Source: a virus
Reading direction: 5' to 3' (one strand)
Virus record (IMG/VR): IMGVR_UViG_3300016476_000174
Coordinates: 60,115-124,114 of that record
DNA length: 64,000 nucleotides
Position 1 is the stretch's first letter; each line of letters starts with the position of its first letter. Under the pieces are notes generated by a model, which searched no databases, was not told the origin of the DNA, and worked only from the letters and a program-made list of their open reading frames with translations. A program made the position numbers and the translations under genes. Shown here piece by piece: positions 56,658-64,000 of the stretch.

Positions 56658-57774
56658 AAGAGAAGAAATCCAACAAGAAGCTCTTGATATGGCCATAGCT
56701 AACAAACGTTGTGGTTTGGGTATATCAATGGGTGTTGGTAAAACCTTAATAGGTTTGCAATATATAGACTACTATCAGAAAGCTAATATGAAAAAGCTTA
56801 GAATACTAGTAGTAGCTCCTAAGATATCTATTTTTGATAGTTGGAATACGGATGCAACTAAGTTTGGTATAAGTCTAGATAATGTAGAATATACAACCTA
56901 TCTTTCTTTACATAAAAAGAATCCAGGTCATTATGATATAGTTGTTCTAGACGAATGTCATAGCTTACTTCTTTCACATATAGCGTTTCTTGGACAGTTT
57001 ACTGGTAGAATACTGGGCTTAACTGGTACGCCACCTAGACATCATCAATCTGAGAAAGGTAAGATGGTTCATCAGTTCTGTCCTATGCTTTACAAGTATA
57101 TTACTGATGATGCTGTTAGTGATGATATTCTAAATGACTATAGAATTATAGTACACAAGATGCCTATCTCTAATATTAACAGTTTACCTGTTAGTATAAA
57201 GAGCGGCATGCAGTTTTATACTTCAGAGCGTAAGAGTTATGACTATTGGACCAAAAGAATTGTAGCAGCTCAGAGTAAGAAACAAGAACAAATTGCCTCT
57301 GTAATGAGAATGCGGGTACTAATGGACTTTAGAACTAAAGAAGCTTATGTAAAGAAAATCTTAGCTGATATAGAAGACAAATGTATTGTATTCTGTAACA
57401 CACAGGATCAGGCAGATAGAATATGTAAGCACTCTTATCATTCTAATAATCTAGAATCTGAGCAGAATCTGCAAGATTTTAAAGATGGTAAGATATCTGA
57501 ACTATCATGTGTACTACAACTAAATGAGGGTATTAATATACCTGAACTTAGAGCTGGTATTATCATGCATGCATATGGTAATGAGCGTAAATCTTCTCAA
57601 AGACTAGGACGTCTATTACGTCTTAATCCTACAGAAACTGCATATGTACATATTCTATGTTATAAAGACACTGTAGATGAAAGATGGGTAGCTGAAGCTC
57701 TTAAGGATCTAGATCCTAGAAAAATTAAATACTTTGACGTAAATACATCATCTAATGAATCATCAGCCTTTTAA
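56650..57774 (+). CDS. Superfamily 2 DExH helicase
   Basis: MGVGKT, DECH, GLTGT, LNEGINIP, QRLGRLLR. Confidence 0.9.
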   Translation: MSKREEIQQEALDMAIANKRCGLGISMGVGKTLIGLQYIDYYQKANMKKLRILVVAPKISIFDSWNTDATKFGISLDNVEYTTYLSLHKKNPGHYDIVVLDECHSLLLSHIAFLGQFTGRILGLTGTPPRHHQSEKGKMVHQFCPMLYKYITDDAVSDDILNDYRIIVHKMPISNINSLPVSIKSGMQFYTSERKSYDYWTKRIVAAQSKKQEQIASVMRMRVLMDFRTKEAYVKKILADIEDKCIVFCNTQDQADRICKHSYHSNNLESEQNLQDFKDGKISELSCVLQLNEGINIPELRAGIIMHAYGNERKSSQRLGRLLRLNPTETAYVHILCYKDTVDERWVAEALKDLDPRKIKYFDVNTSSNESSAF

Positions 57775-58153
57775 TGGTAAGTTTATTAAAAGAAACGGCA
57801 GGCTAGAATTCTCTAGCTTAGCTGTTTCTAAGCAGCATGAGATATTTGTATCAGATATTCCTGATGGTACTATAGTAGAATTCTTCTTTGAAGTACAACA
57901 GGATGATGGTACCTTACCTCAATTAGCTAAGCTACATGCAATGATTAGAGAACTAGCATTACATGTAGGAGAGCCGTTTGATAATATGAAGTTATTAGTA
58001 AAAGATAAAGCAGGATTATGCTTGGCTAGAGAAGTTAGTGGCAAAGAGTATTTCTTAGCCAAAAGCTTTGGTGAATGCTCTAGAGAAGAACTATCACTAG
58101 CAATCCAAGCAGCAATAGATATTGGCATCAGTGTTAACTGTCCAATTGGCTAA
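57755..58153 (+). CDS. NinB-like recombination protein
   Basis: QLAKLHAMIRELA...KSFGECSREEL. Confidence 0.45.
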   Translation: MNHQPFNGKFIKRNGRLEFSSLAVSKQHEIFVSDIPDGTIVEFFFEVQQDDGTLPQLAKLHAMIRELALHVGEPFDNMKLLVKDKAGLCLAREVSGKEYFLAKSFGECSREELSLAIQAAIDIGISVNCPIG

Positions 58154-58412
58154 TATCTGCATCATAAGTAAAACCTTGCTGTTCAGCTTGAGTTTCAATC
58201 TCATTCATAAGAAGCATCATAGTAGACAGATGTTCCATCCACTCTAAAGTAAGTTCTTCTTTAGCTACAGCTAGTCTCTGGAATTCTGCAAGCTCTTCAT
58301 CTGTACGTTCATTAACCATATGAACTACAATGGCTTGTATTTTTTGAATAAAACCAGAGCCAAAGGTTACTTGTATAGAAGCATCCTTCTTAATCATTTT
58401 AATATTTGACAT
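58134..58412 (-). CDS. Hypothetical protein (lone antisense gene)
   Basis: Start moved to MSNIK; TACATTTG box upstream. Confidence 0.6.
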   Translation of the reverse strand: MSNIKMIKKDASIQVTFGSGFIQKIQAIVVHMVNERTDEELAEFQRLAVAKEELTLEWMEHLSTMMLLMNEIETQAEQQGFTYDADISQLDS

Positions 58413-58434
58413 ATTGTTAGGTTTTTGTTTAATA

Positions 58435-58442
58435 CAAATGTA
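58435..58442 (-). promoter_or_regulatory. Bacteroidota-type -7 promoter box
   Basis: TACATTTG about 23 nt upstream of ATG 58412. Confidence 0.5.
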
Positions 58443-58451
58443 TAAAAGTTT

Positions 58452-59168
58452 ATGACACAAACAGTAAATCTAGAAGAAATTAAATGTAAGCTAATAGAAA
58501 AACTCACACCATCTGGCTGGGCCACAAAGTTACGTGGTTTCATTCAATCTAGTGACTTTGATAAGATACTAGAAAGCTTATATCTACAAAGAGAAGCAGG
58601 TAAACGATTTACTCCTCCTCTAAAGCATGTGTTTAGAGCATTTGAGGAATGTCCACAAAATGACGTAAGAGTTGTTATTATTGGACAAGATCCTTATCCT
58701 AGTATGAATGTAGCTGATGGTATAGCTTTTAGTTGTAGTCTTACAGAAAAGCCACAACCTAGTTTAAAATTCATATTTCAAGAAATAGAACGTACTGTGT
58801 ATCAGGAGTTTCCAACTCATCAAGATCCAGACTTAAAACGCTGGGCTAATCAAGGTGTGCTGTTAATTAATACAGCTCTTACTTGTGAGATAGATAAGGT
58901 GGGAAGCCATTATGATATATGGCATGATTTTATAATGTACTTATTAGATATGTTAAACTTGACTAGTTCAGGTATAATATTTATCCTATTGGGAGCTAAA
59001 GCTCAAGAACTAGAGTCTGTCCTTGGACAAAATCACTACATTCTTAAAGCATCTCATCCTGCTTCTGCTGTATATAACGGTGGTAAATGGGACTGTAATG
59101 ATGTCTTTAACAAGGCTAATGAAATTATCCAGGGAAACAACGGACCAGAATTTAAAATTAATTGGTAA
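58452..59168 (+). CDS. ung: Uracil-DNA glycosylase family 1
   Basis: VVIIGQDPY, ADGIAFS, WANQGVLLIN, SHPAS. Confidence 0.93.
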   Translation: MTQTVNLEEIKCKLIEKLTPSGWATKLRGFIQSSDFDKILESLYLQREAGKRFTPPLKHVFRAFEECPQNDVRVVIIGQDPYPSMNVADGIAFSCSLTEKPQPSLKFIFQEIERTVYQEFPTHQDPDLKRWANQGVLLINTALTCEIDKVGSHYDIWHDFIMYLLDMLNLTSSGIIFILLGAKAQELESVLGQNHYILKASHPASAVYNGGKWDCNDVFNKANEIIQGNNGPEFKINW

Positions 59169-59186
59169 CCTTTAAAATCTACAAAG

Positions 59187-59600
59187 ATGGCAGTAAACAA
59201 AGTGGAGATCTATGTATCTCAAATCTTAGAAGACTTATACAATGGTCTTACATGGTTAAAGCGTGATGATTTAGGATATGGATCTATCCAAGAAAAGTAT
59301 AATGCTAAAGATCAGCAGATTGCTATGATCCGTAAACATCCTGTACTAAAGGATGCTGAAACCACAGTGACAGTATTCACTGTAATTGATGACACTAAAG
59401 AAGACTATAATGGAGGAACAACCACCGTATCATCTACAGAACCAAATAATGATGAGTTATTGGACATCTTATCTGAACCTGAAAAAGATGACAACAGACA
59501 TAGGGATGCTGGAAAATTACAAAACAGCAATGACGGATCTTCTGTACAGGGAAAAGATGAAGTTGCAGCAGAAGACCTCTCAGCCTTCGCAAACTTATAA
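59187..59600 (+). CDS. Hypothetical protein
   Basis: Clean ORF; 3' half overlaps a second open frame. Confidence 0.55.
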   Translation: MAVNKVEIYVSQILEDLYNGLTWLKRDDLGYGSIQEKYNAKDQQIAMIRKHPVLKDAETTVTVFTVIDDTKEDYNGGTTTVSSTEPNNDELLDILSEPEKDDNRHRDAGKLQNSNDGSSVQGKDEVAAEDLSAFANL

Positions 59601-59736
59601 AGATGTCACTATGGCAATTAACGGAGGAAGATATAGTTTTTCCGCAGAAACAGTTACTGACTCAAGTGGTACTATAACTTGGGTTGATACAACAATTGAT
59701 AACACAGTAGAACAAAAATTCAAAATTAACAGAAAC

Positions 59737-60909
59737 ATGTCTAAAGTAAAATCTATTACTAAAAGAACCACGCAAGAAGTGCGTCAGATTGAAACCTCTT
59801 TAATTAATAAGGAGGAAGTATTTAAAATGTTAGCTTTGGCTGAAGCAACCGGACTTCCATGTCTATTGATCGGTCAGCCAGGTGTAGCAAAGACTAAAAC
59901 TGTAGTTGATTATGCTAAAGCATGGTTAAACAAAGATGGAAAGATGACAGCAAAAGATTTTGCTGAGAAGATCTACATCTTAGAAACTGATGAAGGTACT
60001 AAAGCATCAGAGATTAAGGGTATGCCTGACTTAGGTAAGTTATTTACAGATAATGAGTACTCTCTTAGTACACCAATTGCTGATGCAGAGATTGTTATCA
60101 TCAACGAGGTAGATAAAGCTAGCTCAGCTATCCGTAACGCCATGCTAGGTGTAATGAACGAGAAGTTCTTATTTAACGGTAAGCACAAGATTCCATGTAA
60201 ATGGAAACTGTTTGTGGCTACATGTAATGAAATCCCTAAAGAAGAGAAAGGTTCTCCATTCTGGGACCGTTTTATGTTAAAGCATACAGTAAATCGTGTA
60301 TCTGCAGGTGAGATGGTTAAATATTACAACAAAGGTGGTCGTGACTACCGTGAGAAGTTTAACATCGGTATCCCTAATAAAGTAGAGATCAACGAAGTAG
60401 ATATTCCAGCAGCTAAGCTAGAAAAATATTTAGAAGTTGGTTACCAACATAGCTCTGACCGTACATTAACTTTCGTACCTACTCTTTCTAAAGCTGTGTC
60501 TTATATCTGGGATATCTCAGTAGATAAAGCCCTTGTAAAAACAGCTCAGATCATGATTGATCAAACTGCAGGTTCTGAATTACAGAACAAACTAATGTCT
60601 CCAGAAGTTAAGGCAGTAATGAGTAAGGTAGAAATGTTACATAGCTACCAAACTAACGAGCAGTTAGAATTAGCTATTGCAGAGATTGAAGGTTTAATCA
60701 ATACTTATGCAAGTAGAGGTATTATGGATGCAGGTCAAGTAGGAGAAATTGAAGTTTCTATGCAGTATATTTTACAAAATCACCCAGCACGTGTTGATGA
60801 AGTAGATAATAATGAATTAGAAGCTATGATGTCTGAAGCAGAATCTGATTCTTCTTCTGCAATAATGTATCATGCAACTATGCCACAAGATCCTAGCAAC
60901 CCTTTTTAA
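59737..60909 (+). CDS. MoxR/RavA-type AAA+ ATPase
   Basis: GQPGVAKT, INEVDKA, ATCN, FWDRF, SDR; in-frame upstream ATGs at 59410 and 59611. Confidence 0.85.
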   Translation: MSKVKSITKRTTQEVRQIETSLINKEEVFKMLALAEATGLPCLLIGQPGVAKTKTVVDYAKAWLNKDGKMTAKDFAEKIYILETDEGTKASEIKGMPDLGKLFTDNEYSLSTPIADAEIVIINEVDKASSAIRNAMLGVMNEKFLFNGKHKIPCKWKLFVATCNEIPKEEKGSPFWDRFMLKHTVNRVSAGEMVKYYNKGGRDYREKFNIGIPNKVEINEVDIPAAKLEKYLEVGYQHSSDRTLTFVPTLSKAVSYIWDISVDKALVKTAQIMIDQTAGSELQNKLMSPEVKAVMSKVEMLHSYQTNEQLELAIAEIEGLINTYASRGIMDAGQVGEIEVSMQYILQNHPARVDEVDNNELEAMMSEAESDSSSAIMYHATMPQDPSNPF

Positions 60910-60913
60910 AACA

Positions 60914-61031
60914 GGGTTATAGTCATATAAGTGGTCAATACTACTGGAAAACAGATAGTATTTATTATCTAAATGAAAGTGGAGAGATGCATCCTATATT
61001 GGGTGCATCTGAATCCACTATACTATAACCC
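60914..61031 (+). ncRNA. Structured intergenic RNA element
   Basis: GGGTTATAGT/ACTATAACCC closes two hairpins. Confidence 0.45.
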
Positions 61032-61045
61032 ATAACTTTGTACAC

Positions 61046-62542
61046 ATGGCTAGTCCAAAACAATATAAGAATGTATATACTATTCTTGAAAAAGTAAAAA
61101 AAGGTGAGATTCAGTCTTACTATAAAGATGAAGATGATGGATTGTTTGGCAAGATTAACTTCTATAAGAAAGCTGATCTTATTAAGCCATACATGCATTA
61201 CATAGATGAACGTAAGGTAGATACAGTAGTAGATGCTTACATACAGAATCAAGATGCAATTGTAGATGCATATCGTAAAGTATCTTCTAGTAGTAAAATA
61301 GCTCCTGATCAGAAGCCAGACTATGATACTTTTGCTAAGAAAGTACAAGAAAACTATAGAAAGTTTCCTAAGCATATGTCTAAAGATATTCATAAGCTTT
61401 TCTATCATAAGATGGAAAACTTAGAATTTGAAGACCGCACAGATGCTAACTATACTAAGTTCAAAATGCTTGAGAGAGCTAATAATCCTGTAGCTAAAAT
61501 TATGGCTGAAGGTAGCAATCTTAAGTCTACTATTTTTGCTAGAAATATTATGGCGTACTTTGCTGTAAGATCAGCTATGATGGAGTATATAGATCCAGAA
61601 ACTAATGAACAGTTTATGAATGGTATGAACGGTCAAGGTGATCCTGATGATTTAGATAAAGCTATGGATAAGATGTTTAATGATAAACAAGCTAAAAACA
61701 TGTTAGACCAGGCTGTTAAAGATGCAACTGATACTTGTAAAGGTCTTGATGAATCTGTAGATAAAGAAACCCAAGAAAAGATGTTTGATAACGTTAATAA
61801 AGACGGTGGAAAGCAAGCGGGTAATCTTAGTCCAGATTATATCAGAAAGGTTGTGCAAGAACTATCTAAGCTTAACATGTCATTAGGTAGTCTTAAAGAC
61901 AAGATTAAGAAGCTTATGGATAAGTCTGCATCTTACTTTAGTGCTAAGAAAGAGACTATATACGAAGACTTATTTAACTCTGATAATCTAGGTGGTCTTG
62001 ATGACTATATTGAACTACATCCTAAATTACGTAAGATCTTTGCTGAAGATATTTTAGTTAAAGATGAAAAGTCAATTGGTAAGATAGATATCTATATAGA
62101 TATTTCAGGATCAATGTCTGATGGTTGTGGTGTAACAGATGCAAACGGAAATAGAATTAATAAACTAGATTTTTGTAAAGCATTTACAGTTAAACTTAGT
62201 GAAATGGGTATGCTTAATGATGTATACTTGTTTAACAATCACGTTACTAAGTTTAAGAATGATCCTATTTCTTTAGCTATGCTAGATACATCAGGTGGTA
62301 CTACAACTGATGCTGCTATTAGAAGTATTGATAGAAACGGTGTAAACGCAATAGTTATTACTGATGCAGAAGATCGTTGTAATTTATACTCTGATAAAGC
62401 TTTCTTTATAGGTGTTAAAGGATCTAGATTTAATCACTTCCACCAAGATGCAATCCAACAATATTCTGATAATAATCAAGTAGTTGTATTTGATGGTACA
62501 AGAATGTTTAATGTAAATTCTAAAGGTGAAACTATAAGTTAA
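61046..62542 (+). CDS. vWA-domain protein (ViaA-like partner of MoxR ATPase)
   Basis: MIDAS DISGSM, GGT, ITDA. Confidence 0.8.
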   Translation: MASPKQYKNVYTILEKVKKGEIQSYYKDEDDGLFGKINFYKKADLIKPYMHYIDERKVDTVVDAYIQNQDAIVDAYRKVSSSSKIAPDQKPDYDTFAKKVQENYRKFPKHMSKDIHKLFYHKMENLEFEDRTDANYTKFKMLERANNPVAKIMAEGSNLKSTIFARNIMAYFAVRSAMMEYIDPETNEQFMNGMNGQGDPDDLDKAMDKMFNDKQAKNMLDQAVKDATDTCKGLDESVDKETQEKMFDNVNKDGGKQAGNLSPDYIRKVVQELSKLNMSLGSLKDKIKKLMDKSASYFSAKKETIYEDLFNSDNLGGLDDYIELHPKLRKIFAEDILVKDEKSIGKIDIYIDISGSMSDGCGVTDANGNRINKLDFCKAFTVKLSEMGMLNDVYLFNNHVTKFKNDPISLAMLDTSGGTTTDAAIRSIDRNGVNAIVITDAEDRCNLYSDKAFFIGVKGSRFNHFHQDAIQQYSDNNQVVVFDGTRMFNVNSKGETIS

Positions 62543-63890
62543 TCTTAGAACCTATTACACCAAAAAATAACATAGGGATATCAGGGCTAGAACTAATGCT
62601 AGTCTTGAGCCCTATGTTTAATTTAAATCTTTTAGTAAAAGAGTAATCAACACCTAAACCTGTAAGTACACTGACATCAGTTGACTCAGTAAATGTTCCA
62701 TCCTTAGTTAGATATACTAAAGGACTACCAGAAAAATATATATCTGGTGATAGTGTTAATCTACGTGAAAGAGTAAAAGGCTTTGTGTAGAAAAGAAGAA
62801 TAGAACTGGTAACACTCATTTGTTTCTGAGGGTCACTAGAAGGAGTAGGCATATAATCTGCTCCAGCAAAAGAAACAGTCAGGTTAGCTCCTGTCACACC
62901 CCACTTACCCATAGGATAAATATATGCGTAAGTACCAAAACCAAACACTGTACCAAAAGCATATGCTGCAGTGGCACCAAAGTTAGATATACCTTGAAGT
63001 TTACCTTCATCAAAATGCATTAATGTATATCTACTACTAAGAGCAAACTGTTGAAAGTTGCTCCACAACATACCGGTTATTCCCCAGGAAGATTGCCCAG
63101 TCATAGAAGACTGAGATATCCCACCGGTCATAATAATACTGAAACTATTATCTAGACTTTGCCCACCAGTAAAGTCAGAGTTAAATAATATAGGATTAAC
63201 TTTAGCAGGACCTTTAGAACCTCCTCCTTTAGATTTAGATCCACCACCACTTGATTTAGATTCTGATTTAGACTCAGATTTAGATTCTGAGCTACTAGAA
63301 GATGATGATTCTGAACTAGAAGAACTTTCACTAGAGCTGCTGCTGCTAGATTCTGAACTACTACTGGAAGAACTCCCACCTGTGGAAGAAGTAGATGATG
63401 ATGAACTGGCAGCAGAACTACTAGCTGAACTTGCCGCAGAAGAACTTGCAGATGATGCTGCACTACTAGAAGCAGAAGAAGCCGCAGAACTAGCGGCTTG
63501 AGAAGCTGCACTAGAGGCAGCTGAAGAGGCAGCAGACGCTGCGGCAGTAGAAGCAGCTGCTGATGCGGCAGCACTTACAGCAGCAGAAACAGCACCGGCT
63601 GTAATCTGAGTGCTAGTTGCTGAAGCTTGAGCCACAGAACAAGGTGATAACTTTCTATAATCTTCATATACTTGATTAAGCCAAGTGTTAAAAGCACCGC
63701 TCCTAACATCAGCTGCAGTAAACACACGAGACTTGTTATAAAAAACAATAACAGTGCTACCAGTAATAGGGATAACAAATGTAGAGACCACTTTTGTACA
63801 AGGGTCAATGAATGTTTGTACCAGAGTTTGAGAATACCCATAGAACGGTAGTAATACTACGACAATAAGAGTAATAATAAACCTTTTCAT
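62532..63890 (-). CDS. Secreted Ser/Ala-rich protein with putative C-terminal beta-barrel
   Basis: Signal peptide cleaved before Q; SSAA and SKSE repeats; amphipathic beta strands. Confidence 0.6.
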   Translation of the reverse strand: MKRFIITLIVVVLLPFYGYSQTLVQTFIDPCTKVVSTFVIPITGSTVIVFYNKSRVFTAADVRSGAFNTWLNQVYEDYRKLSPCSVAQASATSTQITAGAVSAAVSAAASAAASTAAASAASSAASSAASQAASSAASSASSSAASSASSSAASSASSSAASSSSSTSSTGGSSSSSSSESSSSSSSESSSSSESSSSSSSESKSESKSESKSSGGGSKSKGGGSKGPAKVNPILFNSDFTGGQSLDNSFSIIMTGGISQSSMTGQSSWGITGMLWSNFQQFALSSRYTLMHFDEGKLQGISNFGATAAYAFGTVFGFGTYAYIYPMGKWGVTGANLTVSFAGADYMPTPSSDPQKQMSVTSSILLFYTKPFTLSRRLTLSPDIYFSGSPLVYLTKDGTFTESTDVSVLTGLGVDYSFTKRFKLNIGLKTSISSSPDIPMLFFGVIGSKINL

Positions 63891-64000
63891 TACTTGTTAA
63901 AGATTCCTTTTTTAACCATACGGTCCAGGATTCTTGCACAAGCAACGTCTAATGCTTTTTTAGTAGCAGTAGATATAGTAGATTGATTAAATTTAACGGG
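63890..64000 (-). CDS. C-terminal fragment of possible CsgG/HfaB-like protein (partial)
   Basis: PVKFNQSTISTATKKALDVACARILDRMVKKGIFNK*; stop overlaps the next ATG. Confidence 0.35.
   Translation of the reverse strand, partial: PVKFNQSTISTATKKALDVACARILDRMVKKGIFNK

Noticed and set aside
60914-61031. Hammerhead ribozyme
   Set aside because: Three-way shape, but the CUGANGA core is absent
63152-63841. Leu-rich ORFs 63152..63574 and 63575..63841
   Set aside because: Alternate frames of the Ser/Ala repeat gene
1-64000. Stop-codon reassignment as in some crAss-like phages
   Set aside because: Core genes are full length in the standard code, and TAG ends genes such as portal and phoH. The TAG anticodon is Leu, not a suppressor.

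Overview
This is a 64 kb, AT-rich segment of a crAss-like (Crassvirales-type) dsDNA phage, probably infecting an environmental Bacteroidota/Flavobacteriia host. Host evidence: A-rich translation starts without Shine-Dalgarno, TAnnTTTG promoter boxes and an SprB repeat. The minus strand (1-44503) holds the late/structural block. In transcription order it runs: HU/IHF-like, PD-(D/E)xK nuclease, PRTase-like and PhoH genes; a small RNA cluster; terminase, portal, scaffold-like protein and major capsid; accessory capsid/neck genes; then five modular tail fibres with separate tip proteins, and Cys-rich FN3 virion proteins. A control region with a strand switch lies at about 44500-46260. The plus strand (44787-62542) carries small early genes, an HTH protein, an AAA ATPase, an HNH-like protein, an SF2 helicase, uracil-DNA glycosylase and a MoxR/RavA-vWA pair. 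A minus-strand secreted-protein module starts at the right edge. The standard genetic code fits throughout. The most unusual signals are: (1) about 770 nt of non-coding DNA made of back-to-back closed RNA folds (49733-50503); (2) a tRNA-Asp-like RNA on a class-II scaffold with an 89-nt, possibly pseudoknotted variable arm, next to a second unknown structured RNA; (3) three stand-alone paralogues of a tail-fibre tip domain directly behind a chaperone-cleaved fibre; (4) exact repeated regulatory motifs and an iteron-like origin candidate. All family calls come from motif recognition by eye; no database searches or folding programs were run.
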